Shown piece by piece: positions 18,962 to 30,000 of a stretch of DNA of 58,511 nucleotides. A model generated the notes under the pieces. The model was not told where the DNA came from. It did not search any database and saw nothing but the letters and a program-made list of their open reading frames with translations. The DNA lies in the sequence record DRR723986_9330. The stretch is one strand, 5' to 3'. The position numbers and the translations under genes were made by a program. The stretch's first letter is position 1, and every line of letters begins with the position of its first letter.

Positions 18962-20105
18962 AAGCTTGTAATTTATGAACGACACCTGATCGTTTTTCAG
19001 TGAATAAAAATTCGGCAATCAGGAGTAACAATCCTATGCCTAAAAACCAATGATACTGGTCATCATAATCAGTATACATAGAAGTCTCCATTTCTGTTTT
19101 TTCAATTTGTCTGATCGATTCCATCAATCCTTCCATGTTCACGAATGATCCTTCAGCTCTTGTATAGGAACCACCACCTGCTTGCGCTATATTCATCAAC
19201 ATTTCTTCATTGATTTTTGTGTAAACCGTGTTACCGCGGTCGTCTTTTTTCAATCCAACGATTCTTCCGTCTTTGTATTCCGGAATCGGGGTTTCATTCG
19301 TTGTACCCATTCCAACTGTATTGACCATGATGTTGTTTTCCAAGGCCGCACTGGCCATTTCTTCTGCACTTCCTTCATGATCTTCACCGTCTGACATAAT
19401 GATGATCGCCTTGTTCACTCCATTATTCATGTCAAAATTCTTGATGGATTCATCAATGGCTAAAGAAATGTTAGTTCCCTGGTTGGTCATCATTTCTGGT
19501 CGAATTGATTGCATAAACATTCTTACAGCTCGGTAATCTCCTGTTACAGGTACCTGTAAATGGGCATCTCCTGCAAAGACTAAAATCCCTACTTTATCTC
19601 CATGTAATTTATGCAGCATTCTGTCAATTGACATTTTGGCTATAGATAATCGATCTCTTTCAGGATCTAAATCGAGCGCACGCATTGAATTGGAGATATC
19701 CAGAGCAATCATGATTTCAATTCCTTCTGCAACTGCCGTAGATTTTCCTTTTCCGTATTGTGGATTTGCCAATGCTAAGATTAAAAATGCCAAACCGTTG
19801 CGGTAGAAAAAGAATTTCGCAAAGGTTTTTAAGGTGGATAATGGTGAAGTGAGATAGGGGAGTAGACGTGTTTCTGCCAAGGTATTTAAGGATTTATTCT
19901 TCCATCTCAATACCACAAAAAAGCCCAAAACTGTTATAGGAACTAAACATAAACCCCAAAGCATGAATTCATTTTCGTAGCGAAATGCCTCAACGTCTTG
20001 CAAATAAAAATACAAACTAAAGAAGGCCGTCCAGAAAATGGCTTCCCAGATGATAACTGCAATTGCGAGTTCTTTTATTTGATATTTATGTTCAGATTTT
20101 GCCAT
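18951..20105 (-). CDS. batB: BatB vWA domain protein
   Basis: ALANPQYG, MIDAS DISNS, FAGDA, QGTNI, SDGEDHE. Confidence 0.88.
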   Translation of the reverse strand: MAKSEHKYQIKELAIAVIIWEAIFWTAFFSLYFYLQDVEAFRYENEFMLWGLCLVPITVLGFFVVLRWKNKSLNTLAETRLLPYLTSPLSTLKTFAKFFFYRNGLAFLILALANPQYGKGKSTAVAEGIEIMIALDISNSMRALDLDPERDRLSIAKMSIDRMLHKLHGDKVGILVFAGDAHLQVPVTGDYRAVRMFMQSIRPEMMTNQGTNISLAIDESIKNFDMNNGVNKAIIIMSDGEDHEGSAEEMASAALENNIMVNTVGMGTTNETPIPEYKDGRIVGLKKDDRGNTVYTKINEEMLMNIAQAGGGSYTRAEGSFVNMEGLMESIRQIEKTEMETSMYTDYDDQYHWFLGIGLLLLIAEFLFTEKRSGVVHKLQAYEV

Positions 20106-21127
20106 TAAGGAATGCTCTTCAATAAAGTGTTTTGTAAAATTTTATGACCAAGAATTAAAATGATACCCATCAACAAAAAGCCATAGTACTTTTCTGGAGG
20201 ACTGATTTTAAAGTCAAGGACTTTTACTTTTGATTTTTCCAGTTCATCTATTTCGTTGTAGATGTTTTTTAATTCTGTTTTATTTTTAGCACGATAGTAT
20301 TTACCACTGGTCATATTGGCAATTTCCGTCAATAATTTTTCATCAATTTCAACAGGGATGTTAGAAGACATTCCTCCAAATAAAGGCATTGGCGCAGTTC
20401 CGTCTTGACCAATTCCAATAGTATAAATAGTGACACCCATTTCTTTAGCTACCTGTGCTGCTTTGATCGGCATGATATCTCCACTGTTGTTTTGCCCATC
20501 TGTCATGAGGATAATCACCTTGCTTTTTGCATCACTTTCAATCAAGCGATTCACAGCTGTGATTAAACCAACACCAATGGCCGTTCCGCCTACTACTTGG
20601 CCCGGTTGCACTTTATCCAGTAAAGAAATTAACAAGTCGTGATCAGTTGATAGAGGCGCTTGTGTATAGGCTTCCGCTTCATAAACTACCAGACCAATTC
20701 TGTCAGTTGGTCGGTCTTCAATGAATTGTGTAGCCACTTCTTTCGCGGCCTCAAGTCTATTAGGTTTCAAATCTTCAGCAAGCATACTTCCTGAAACGTC
20801 CATAGATATTACGATATCAATTCCTTCAATGTTTTTCTTGTTGAACTCATCTATATCTTGAGGAGCGTGAGGTCGCGCAAGAGCCAAGATCACAAAACTT
20901 ATCCCGAATAAAAACAGGAATAAATTCAAGTACCTAAACAATGCAGTCCAGTTAAATTTTTGTTCCCCAAAATTGGCTGTTGAAGGCAAATTAATTTCTT
21001 TAAAGCCTTTAGATTCTCTATACAAGAACCATATCACAACACATGGAATTAGTAAAAACAGCCAGAATGCTTCTTTTCTCACATATTCAAATGCAAATGG
21101 CGTTATGTCTGTCCACCAATTACCCAT
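20105..21127 (-). CDS. batA: BatA vWA domain protein
   Basis: ALARP, GIDIVISMDVSGSM, PNRLEAAK, GTAIG, TDGQNNSG; likely start ATG 21127. Confidence 0.9.
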   Translation of the reverse strand: MGNWWTDITPFAFEYVRKEAFWLFLLIPCVVIWFLYRESKGFKEINLPSTANFGEQKFNWTALFRYLNLFLFLFGISFVILALARPHAPQDIDEFNKKNIEGIDIVISMDVSGSMLAEDLKPNRLEAAKEVATQFIEDRPTDRIGLVVYEAEAYTQAPLSTDHDLLISLLDKVQPGQVVGGTAIGVGLITAVNRLIESDAKSKVIILMTDGQNNSGDIMPIKAAQVAKEMGVTIYTIGIGQDGTAPMPLFGGMSSNIPVEIDEKLLTEIANMTSGKYYRAKNKTELKNIYNEIDELEKSKVKVLDFKISPPEKYYGFLLMGIILILGHKILQNTLLKSIP

Positions 21128-22079
21128 TTTGATTGTCCTGATTTGAGTTAGCAATTTCCTCGAGCTTTGTTTTTTCTACAAACTCAATAGACTTGTACAG
21201 TGAATCTTTTCCTTGCTCTTCGCCTGCTTTCATCTTTGCGAATTTGATCATATCCGCTTGGCTCAATAATTTTCTTAAATGCAGTTTATCTGCTTCTGAA
21301 ATGTCTGCATACTTTAAATCTTGAATGATTTCTCTGGTAGTATGCTCAACCGCTTTTATACCGAATCGTTGCTCTAAATACAATCTCACGGTATATGTCA
21401 GGTCAGAATAGTAGTCTTTTTGTTCTAAAGATTTCCAAGCTTCTTTAGTTTCTAACTCTTTCAACGAAGCTAATGCTGTGATGTGTGCAGGAGTTGGTGG
21501 AACATAAGGAACATGTTCTTCTTGTTCTCGATTTTTAATCAATTTGACTAAAAAGAATATGGCCACTAGTCCACCTGCGCCGGCCAACCAAGGCCAATAA
21601 GCCGCGAACCAATCTTCGAGTTTTTCAGAAAAAGTATAATCAACTGCATAGTTTTCTTTGATATCAACAATGCCTTTACTGGTGTCTATTTCAACGGTTT
21701 CTACTAGCAAAGTTTTAGGATAGGTGTAGTAAACCGAATCTCCTAATTCAATTCCAATTGCAGGAATAATGTGGTATCCTGGCTCAAAGCAAGTAATATT
21801 AAAATCTTGTTTTCTTTGATAAATTCGATTGACAGAATCTACCAATTCTTCGTAGTCAACAGTTCGGTCTGTGATTTCAATATGCTCAGTAAATTCATCA
21901 TTGAATTGTGGCCATCCAATTAAAATCTCACCTTGGTCGTTGGTGTATTCAATTTTTATAGTCATGGGAATTTGTTCCCCGATTCGCATTTTATCGAATC
22001 CAAGTTCAAGCGCTGCTTGTTGGCTAAAAGAAACAAAGCAAAAGCTACAAATAAATGATATGGTAACTAGTACTCTCAT
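21120..22079 (-). CDS. Bat-operon membrane-anchored protein between DUF58 and batA
   Basis: Signal peptide, Ig-like N-terminal domain, TM, YYSDLT..R.YLE.RF...A.E.TT.E, ADMIKFAK. Confidence 0.8.
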   Translation of the reverse strand: MRVLVTISFICSFCFVSFSQQAALELGFDKMRIGEQIPMTIKIEYTNDQGEILIGWPQFNDEFTEHIEITDRTVDYEELVDSVNRIYQRKQDFNITCFEPGYHIIPAIGIELGDSVYYTYPKTLLVETVEIDTSKGIVDIKENYAVDYTFSEKLEDWFAAYWPWLAGAGGLVAIFFLVKLIKNREQEEHVPYVPPTPAHITALASLKELETKEAWKSLEQKDYYSDLTYTVRLYLEQRFGIKAVEHTTREIIQDLKYADISEADKLHLRKLLSQADMIKFAKMKAGEEQGKDSLYKSIEFVEKTKLEEIANSNQDNQNG

Positions 22080-22939
22080 CTATTTTTAAACAGATTCATT
22101 AGTGGTTTGATATAACCTTCATCCGTAAATATTTCTGCATAGTCCGTTTTGGTGCGTCTGAATAATTCGCGGATTTCATTTTCTTTTTTTTCTGCTGCGG
22201 CCTGATATTTTTCTCGGATGAATTTGAATGATGTATTGATCCATTTGGCTTCACCGGTTTCTAAATCCTTAAACTGAGCCACTCCTATATTCGGAATTTG
22301 AAATTCGGCCTTGTCTTTTACCTTTAAGGCAACAACATCATGTTTTCTGGATGCTATTTTAAAGGCATTAGAGAAATCATCTGCAACGAAATCACTCAGC
22401 ACAAAAGCGATACTTTTCTTTTTCACCATTTTGGTAAAGTATTTGAGTGCGCCTCCAATGTCAGTTCCGGTATGTTTTGGCTCAAAATTGATGAGCTCAC
22501 GAATGATTCTTAAAATATGTGATTTTCCTTTTTTCGGAGGAATGAACATTTCAATTTGGTCTGAAAAAAGTACTAAACCAATTCTGTCATTATTAGATAC
22601 AGCTGAAAAGGCGAGCACGGCGCAAAGCTCCGTAATGGTTTCTCGTTTGATTTGATTTTTAGTTCCAAACATCTCAGATGCCGAAATATCCACCAAAAGC
22701 ATCACCGTTAATTCACGCTCTTCTTCAAACACTTTTACAAATGGCTCATTGAATCTAGCGGTAACATTCCAATCAATAGTTCTGATTTCATCCCCGACCG
22801 CATATTCTCTAACTTCTGAAAAAGCCATCCCACGACCTTTAAAGGCAGAGTGATACTCACCAGAGAAAATCTGATTTGAAAGACCTTTGGTTTTAATTTC
22901 GATCTTTCGAACTTTCTTTATGAGCTCTTTGGTGTCCAT
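22076..22939 (-). CDS. DUF58 domain protein (MoxR-associated vWA-like)
   Basis: GEYHSAFKGRGMAFSEVREY..GDEIRTIDWNVTAR, EEERE, SDF. Confidence 0.93.
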   Translation of the reverse strand: MDTKELIKKVRKIEIKTKGLSNQIFSGEYHSAFKGRGMAFSEVREYAVGDEIRTIDWNVTARFNEPFVKVFEEERELTVMLLVDISASEMFGTKNQIKRETITELCAVLAFSAVSNNDRIGLVLFSDQIEMFIPPKKGKSHILRIIRELINFEPKHTGTDIGGALKYFTKMVKKKSIAFVLSDFVADDFSNAFKIASRKHDVVALKVKDKAEFQIPNIGVAQFKDLETGEAKWINTSFKFIREKYQAAAEKKENEIRELFRRTKTDYAEIFTDEGYIKPLMNLFKNR

Positions 22940-23763
22940 TATTCGATAATCTTCCAGTTTTTTAGGTATGAGCCTTTTTCGTTTTGGACAAGTATTCCCT
23001 CAACTACAATGTCTTTTAGTTCTTCTTCCATAGTCCAAGGTTCATGACCGTCTAATATGTAAGCCTCAGAATCTGCAAGTCCCCACGCTATTGCTGCCTC
23101 ACCAGTACTGATGTTTATAGTAGTACCTTTGAAAATTGAAGGGTCAGGTTTTTCAAAAGTGCAGTTTTTCAGAATTAATGAAAAGTGTTCTTTCTTCCAT
23201 TGATCTTCATATGATTCTTTTGAAATTAAACCGGTGATATTATAGAAAGCCTTTTCAATAATTTCACCATGTCGTGGTTCAATAATTAGCCCTAAATCAT
23301 TTTTGGCGGTGTCTTTAATCATGTTTCCAAATTCCGCTTGAATAGTAACTCTTGAACCCTCTTTATAAAACGGCCTGGAATACATATCCCACATCTGCGT
23401 TTGTGCTCCTAGCATTCCGTATCCAGCGAAATCATACACTTGAATTTGATTGTTATAAAAGTATAGTCCTCCCCAATTGTAGCGCAAGGTGAATGAATTC
23501 TTATCTTCAAATGGATGCAAGAAGACAGAGTCATTTTTTATCAGAACCATGGAAGTATCAAATTGATGCCCTTCATTATTTGTAAAATAAGTATTGAATA
23601 AAGTGTCATTTATTTGGTGAATTCTAACCTGTCCGAAATCACTGATGTAGAGGTCTCCAGGTAATATATTCTTATCTTGAATCTCATGCTGTGTGTTTTG
23701 AGATTGACAAGAAAAACTTGTATTGACCAGAATTATTAGCGATATGTAAAAGAGTCCTTTCAC
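22939..23763 (-). CDS. Hypothetical lipoprotein lying between moxR and DUF58
   Basis: Lipobox-like SFSC; overlaps the moxR stop and the DUF58 start by 1 nt each. Confidence 0.7.
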   Translation of the reverse strand: MKGLFYISLIILVNTSFSCQSQNTQHEIQDKNILPGDLYISDFGQVRIHQINDTLFNTYFTNNEGHQFDTSMVLIKNDSVFLHPFEDKNSFTLRYNWGGLYFYNNQIQVYDFAGYGMLGAQTQMWDMYSRPFYKEGSRVTIQAEFGNMIKDTAKNDLGLIIEPRHGEIIEKAFYNITGLISKESYEDQWKKEHFSLILKNCTFEKPDPSIFKGTTINISTGEAAIAWGLADSEAYILDGHEPWTMEEELKDIVVEGILVQNEKGSYLKNWKIIE

Positions 23764-24800
23764 TAAGGTACTTCAACAAAATCCATGATTTTATTCACTA
23801 GGTCCGCTTGCGTTATATCCTCAGCTTCGGCTTCATAAGTCAGTCCAATTCTGTGTCTTAAAACATCAGGACAAACAGCTCTCACATCTTCAGGAATTAC
23901 AAATCCTCTTCGGTTGATAAAGGCATATGCTTTTGCGGCTAGAGCCATATTGATGGATGCTCTTGGTGAAGCGCCAAATCCAATTAACGGCGCTAAATCA
24001 CTTAATCCATAATCAGCAGGTTTACGCGTTGCATAAACTAAATCAACAATGTATTGTTCTATTTTTTCATCCAGATAAACCTCTTTAACAAGCTCTTTGG
24101 CTTTAAGAATTTCATCAACACTAACCACGGTGTTGGGTTTAGGAAATCCGGCAGAAGAAATATTATGACGAACAATTAATTTTTCTTCTTCTTTTGATGG
24201 GTAATCTAAAAACACTTTTAGCATAAATCTATCAACCTGAGCTTCAGGTAACGGATAGGTTCCTTCTTGTTCAACCGGATTCTGAGTAGCTAACACTAAA
24301 AATGGTTGAGGTAAAGGGTAAGTTGTTTCTCCCAAAGTTACTTGTCGCTCTTGCATGGCTTCAAGTAGAGCAGATTGCACTTTTGCAGGCGCTCTGTTAA
24401 TCTCGTCTGCAAGAATAAAGTTGGCGAAAATCGGTCCTTGCTTCACCGAAAAATCTTCTTTTTTCTGATTGTAAATCATGGTTCCAACAACATCCGCAGG
24501 TAACAAGTCAGGTGTAAATTGAATACGATTGAAATCACCACCAATGGTGTCAGATAAAGTTTTAATCGCTAATGTTTTTGCCAATCCAGGGACACCTTCT
24601 AGTAGCACGTGGCCATTTGCTAATAAGCCAATCATTAATCGATCAATCATGTATTGTTGACCAATGATTACTTTACTAATTTCAGCGTTCATTTTGTCGA
24701 GAAACGCTGAGCCAGCTTGGATTTTTGCATTCAAAGCTTCAATGCTCGGTGCCGATTGGTTGGTCTGATTTTCTGTGTTTTGAGTTGAAATTTCGTCCAT
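23763..24800 (-). CDS. moxR: MoxR family AAA+ ATPase
   Basis: LLEGVPGLAKT, RIQFTPDLLPAD, LADEINRAPAKVQSALLEAMQE, ATQNPVEQEGTYPLPEAQVDRF. Confidence 0.96.
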   Translation of the reverse strand: MDEISTQNTENQTNQSAPSIEALNAKIQAGSAFLDKMNAEISKVIIGQQYMIDRLMIGLLANGHVLLEGVPGLAKTLAIKTLSDTIGGDFNRIQFTPDLLPADVVGTMIYNQKKEDFSVKQGPIFANFILADEINRAPAKVQSALLEAMQERQVTLGETTYPLPQPFLVLATQNPVEQEGTYPLPEAQVDRFMLKVFLDYPSKEEEKLIVRHNISSAGFPKPNTVVSVDEILKAKELVKEVYLDEKIEQYIVDLVYATRKPADYGLSDLAPLIGFGASPRASINMALAAKAYAFINRRGFVIPEDVRAVCPDVLRHRIGLTYEAEAEDITQADLVNKIMDFVEVP

Positions 24801-24966
24801 CTAATTCTTTGTTTTGCCTGCTAAATCACAGGTCAGGTGTGGTTAACTAACAAATTTAACTAGAGTGTACGCGATTAATTGAATGCCGGCTGTTAAAAAA
24901 TGTTAAGCTATCTTAACACTTGAAAAACCTAGCGTTTTGGAATTTTTATTATTGAAAAAAAAGGGT

Positions 24967-25782
24967 CTATTTCGGAGCGTTTTCGGCTGCTTTTCTCACA
25001 GATCCAAATTCCAATAAAAGAGCTTTTGAGGCCTCATAGTCCAAGCCCGTTTCTTTCATGACCATTTTTGTTCCTCTATCTACCAATTTGTTATTGGATA
25101 ATTGCATGTCAACCATACGATTTCCCTTCACTTTTCCCAACCCGATCATTATCGAAGTGGATATCATGTTTAGGATAAGTTTTTGAGCTGTCCCAGATTT
25201 CATTCTAGTGCTTCCGGTAACAAATTCAGGACCAACAATTGGGGTAATCGGGTGTTTAGCATGAACTGCCAAATCACTCTCCGGATTACAAGTGATGCAT
25301 GCGGTTAGGATGTCATTTTTATTTGCGTGTTGAATGGCGCCTATTACATAAGGTGTACTACCTGATGCGGCAATTCCTACCACACAATCCAAATCTGTAA
25401 TATTGTGTTCTTGCAGATCTTTCCAACCTTGTTCAGTATCGTCTTCAGCAAATTCAACTGCTTTTCGCATAGCTGAGTCTCCTCCAGCCATAATGCCAAC
25501 CACAATTCCGTGATCTACACCAAAAGTAGGAGGGCATTCAGATGCATCAACAACTCCTAGTCGACCAGATGTTCCTGCACCGATATAAAACAATCTTCCA
25601 CCCATTTCCATTCTGTCCAATGCTTTCTCAACAAAAGCTTCAATTTGCGGAATGCATTTTTCAACTGCCGCCGCAACTTTATGATCCTCTCGGTTAATGT
25701 TGGTTAACAGTTCGTTTACCGACATCTCTTCGAGATTATCGTATTCTGATGAACTTTCGGTTATTTTTTTTGAATATGTCAT
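24967..25782 (-). CDS. murQ: N-acetylmuramic acid 6-phosphate etherase
   Basis: GAGTSGRLG, DASECPPTF, AVEFAED, GPEFVTGSTRMKSGTAQK. Confidence 0.95.
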   Translation of the reverse strand: MTYSKKITESSSEYDNLEEMSVNELLTNINREDHKVAAAVEKCIPQIEAFVEKALDRMEMGGRLFYIGAGTSGRLGVVDASECPPTFGVDHGIVVGIMAGGDSAMRKAVEFAEDDTEQGWKDLQEHNITDLDCVVGIAASGSTPYVIGAIQHANKNDILTACITCNPESDLAVHAKHPITPIVGPEFVTGSTRMKSGTAQKLILNMISTSIMIGLGKVKGNRMVDMQLSNNKLVDRGTKMVMKETGLDYEASKALLLEFGSVRKAAENAPK

Positions 25783-25783
25783 G

Positions 25784-26917
25784 TTAGCTTTTACTCATTA
25801 ATTCGGCCAATTCTTTTCCAACTAGGCTGCCAATTGCAACTCCCATTCCTCCTAATCGAATTCCACAAAAAATATGGTTATCTACTTCTTTGATGATTGG
25901 GAATTTGGCCTGCCCAACACCCATTGTTCCCGCCCATTGGTGTTCAATATTGACGGTTTGATCAGGAATTATTTGTTCGTGAAGGACAGTTTTTAATTTG
26001 TTAATTATTAGCTCCGTATTTTTTAGTTCTTCTGTTTCTTCTTCTTTGAAAGCAAGATTTCTTCCGCCTCCAAATAGAATTCGATTGCCAATATTTCTGA
26101 AATAGTAAAATCCTTCATCAAAGTGAAAAATTCCTTTCAATTTAAGATTTGGTATTTCTTCAGTAACTATAACCTGGGCTCTGGCCGGAACAACATCTTC
26201 AGATGGAAAAAAGCGTTTTGAAAATCCATTCGTACAAATCGCTAACTTTTTAAATCCGATTCGGCCAAAGTTGGTTTCAAGATCGGTTGTGTTAATTTCT
26301 TTGACCTCAATTCCGCTCAACAACTGAACATCCATTTCTTGCGCTTTTTTTACAAGAGATTTCATCATCATTCCCGTGTTGATTTGGCCTTCAGCTTTAT
26401 GCGAAATAGCCTTTGAAAATCCAGCAAAGCCATAATTATCAATGATCTCATTCGCCTCTTGAAATACATGTGAAATTCCAGTAATGTTTTTCAGTTGTTC
26501 GTTTAATTTGTCAAGATTTGAAATACAATTTTCAAACTTGTTATTGTGCTGAGGTAAAAAAAGTTCATGAGAACCCAGTTCTAGGTAATCGATATTTTTT
26601 TCGCCGAGCAGACTTTTTAAATTATTAAGGCCTTGCCATCTTTTTTGAACCGTTTCAAAAACTTGTTCTGCAGAATTTTTTGTTAAATCATCCATCAATT
26701 CTGAAGGACTGCCAATGCATGAGAAACCGGCATTTTTTGTGCTTGCTCCGGTCGGTAAAAATCCACGTTCAAGAACTGTTACCTTTTTATGTTTTTCGCG
26801 TTGTTTAAGATAGATGGCGGTAGAGAGTCCGACAATTCCAGAACCAACAATTAAATAATCGGTATGGTTTATGAAGGTCTCTTTTTCCCAAAAGCTTAAA
26901 TTTTGAAATGTGATCAT
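25784..26917 (-). CDS. FAD-dependent oxidoreductase (DAO family)
   Basis: SFWE, IVGSGIVG, GASTKNAGF, GGMGVAIG; likely start ATG 26917. Confidence 0.88.
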   Translation of the reverse strand: MITFQNLSFWEKETFINHTDYLIVGSGIVGLSTAIYLKQREKHKKVTVLERGFLPTGASTKNAGFSCIGSPSELMDDLTKNSAEQVFETVQKRWQGLNNLKSLLGEKNIDYLELGSHELFLPQHNNKFENCISNLDKLNEQLKNITGISHVFQEANEIIDNYGFAGFSKAISHKAEGQINTGMMMKSLVKKAQEMDVQLLSGIEVKEINTTDLETNFGRIGFKKLAICTNGFSKRFFPSEDVVPARAQVIVTEEIPNLKLKGIFHFDEGFYYFRNIGNRILFGGGRNLAFKEEETEELKNTELIINKLKTVLHEQIIPDQTVNIEHQWAGTMGVGQAKFPIIKEVDNHIFCGIRLGGMGVAIGSLVGKELAELMSKS

Positions 26918-27047
26918 ACGCGAATTATGCCCCAATTGTCAGTTTTTTTTGGGATATTTGTAGATTAGGTTCAAATGATAAAATTAAGTGATTAGGTGCC
27001 GCAGGCATTGAAGTCTGCAAGTATTTTGCAAACACTTAAATGTTAAA

Positions 27048-27073
27048 TGAACCTTTTGACAAAAAAGGTGTAT
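27048..27073 (+). promoter_or_regulatory. Putative ECF promoter (TGAACC-N15-TGTA) of the giant repeat protein
   Basis: TGAACCTTTTGACAAAAAAGGTGTAT, 22/26 identical to 10758-10783. Confidence 0.7.
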
Positions 27074-27079
27074 AAATAA

Positions 27080-30000
27080 ATGATGAGGTTACTAACCTTG
27101 GCCATATTGTTGATTTTTAGCGGACTTGCACTGGCGCAAGATCCGGTTATTTCTTTGGATGTATCCACCAAGGATGATGATTCAGGAAAGAAATTACCAG
27201 GGTCAACAGTGGAAGTTTATAAAGACGGAAGTTTATTTGTCACGAAGCAATCTGCTTCTAACGGGCGTGTTCCACCAATAGACTTGCCTTTGGGATCAAT
27301 GTATAAAATCATTATTAAAAAGGAAGGTTACGTAGCGAAAGTTGCGACTCTGGATGGTCGATTCGATTATCCTGAAGACTTGCCGCCTTTTGTTCCTTTC
27401 CCTATTCAAACTTCTCTCTTTAGACAAGTAGAAGGAGTTGATTTTAAATGGTTGGAAACCACTCCTATGATTAAGTTTGAGTTAGATCAATACGGTAATC
27501 AAACATGGGACAAGGCCTACACCAATGGGATGCTGAAAAAAATCGAAGATCTTAAAAAAGAGATGGCAGAGAAAGCTGAGGAGGACGCGAAAAAACAAGC
27601 CGATTTTGATGCTTACGTTAAAACCGCAGACGCAGCGCTCAGTAAACAAGATTACGAAAAAGCAATTGAGAATTACGATAAGGCACTAGAGATTTTTAGT
27701 GATAAAACAGACGTTAAAAAGAAAAGAGATGATGCTCAAAAAGCTTGGGATGAGTTAAAAGCGAACGAAGAAACAGAGAAAAAATTCCAAGAAAAAATGG
27801 CAGCGGCAAAAGATAAATATTCGGCCAAATCCTATAAAGAGGCCTTAGATCTTTATAAAGAAGCTTCTGGAATTAAGCCTTCTGAGGCACTACCAAAAAC
27901 GAGAATTGCGGAAATAGAGAAAATTCTAGCAGACGAAAAAGCAAATGAAGACAAGTTCAACAAGTTCGTTGCGGATGGTGATAAGGCCATGACAACAGAG
28001 TCTTTTGATGATGCCATTTCTAATTATGAATCTGCTTTGGCCGTAAAGGATGATGCAGGAGTAAAGGCTAAACTTGAGGATGCTAAAAAGAAGAAACAAG
28101 AGAAAGCGGATGCAGAAGCAGCTGATAAAGAGAAAGAAGAAAAATACAATAAATTAATCGCTGATGCAGATAAAGGTTTTGCTGCCAAGTCATACGAGGA
28201 GGCAAAGGCTAAGTATCAAGAAGCACTTGATTTAAAACCAGGTGAATCCCATCCTTCAGCCAGATTATCAGAGATTGATGAAATTCTTAAAAAACTTAAG
28301 GCTGATGAAGATGCAGCCAAGAAACTAGAAGAAGATTATAAAAAGTTAATTGAAGAAGGAGATGCATCATTTAGCTCGGAAAACTGGCAAACCGCCATTG
28401 ATAAATATGAGGAAGCTCTAAAATTAAAGGCAGGAGAAAGTCATCCTACTAGTCAAATTGCGGCAGCTAAAAAGAAATTGGAAGAAGATGCAGCTAATAA
28501 AGCTAAGGATGAAGAGTACAATAAGCTAATGGCAGATGCCAGCTCATTGAAAGATTCTAAAAAATACGAAGAGGCAATTGCAAAATACAAAGAAGCCTTA
28601 AAGGTTAAGCCTAAAGAAACTGAACCAGGAACTAAAATTGCTGAGATCGAAAAGATCCTGAATGAATTGGCCGGGGAAAAAGAAAAAGAAGAAAAGTATC
28701 AAAAACACATGGCAGATGGTAATTCGGCACAAAGTTCGGATAATCTAGAAAAAGCATTGGCTGACTATAAATCTGCACTTGGAGTAAAAGAAGGTGATGC
28801 AGAAGCTCAAAAGAAAATTGATGAAGTCAACAAATTGATTAAAGAAAAAGCAGATGCAGAAGCGAATGAGAAAAAGTTCAATGATTTAGTTGCTGCGGGT
28901 GATAAAGACTTTGCTGCGAAGTCTTATACAGATGCTAAGGTTAATTACCAAAAAGCATTGGACATTAAAGAGGACCAATCTATAAAGGATAAAATTGCTC
29001 AAATAGATGAATTGATTGCTAAGAATCAAGATGCTGCTGAGCAACAAGCGAAATATGACGCAGCTATTAAAAAAGCTGATGAGGCGTATAATGGAAAGAA
29101 TTGGGAAGAAGCATTAAAGAATTACGAAGAAGCTTATGCAGTTAAAGACGAGTCGTATGCTAAAGAAAGAATAGCGGCAGTAAAGGAAAAAATAGCTGCA
29201 GAGGCAGATGCAGAAGCACAGGCCAAACAATTCTCAGATTTGGTGGCAGATGGAGATCAATTATCAGCAGACAAAAAATACAACGAGGCAATAAAGAAGT
29301 ATTCAGAAGCGATAAAAATCAAGCCCGACCCGGCGGTTTCTAAGAAAATAGTAGATCTCGAAGAACTTATTAAGAAAGAGGGAGAGAATAATGCAGTTTT
29401 AGCACAGTATCAAGCAAAAATCAAGGAAGCTGATGCCGCGTTTAATTCAAATAGTTGGGAATCTGCTAAAACTTTGTATGCTGATGCGATTGATATAAAA
29501 TCAGACGAAGAATATCCAAAAAATCAATTGGCAGAGATTGAAAGAAAAATGAAAGAAGAGTCTGAAAACGAAGTAGAGAAACAATATCAAAAAATCCTGA
29601 CGGTAGCTCAAAAGAAGATGGATGAAGAGGATTATGATAAGGCAATTGAATTGTATACAAGAGCAAAAGATATGAAGCCTTCAGACCCATTACCTCAGCA
29701 GAAAATTGATGAAATTGAGGCGATCAAAAAACAAAAAGCTGATGAACTTGCGAACAAAGAGGCATTTGAACAGAAGTATAAAGACTTAATTGCTGCAGCG
29801 GATGGAGATTTTGCGAGCCAATCATATGATGATGCCATAGCTAAGTACAAAGAAGCCCTCACCATGAAGCCGGCGGAATCGTATCCTCAAACAAAACTTG
29901 ACGAAATCAATAATATATTAAATTCTCAAAGTGCTGAAGCCGAACTAGAGGCCAAGTATAAAGCAGCTCTTAAAAAAGCAGATGATCTGTATGCATCCGA

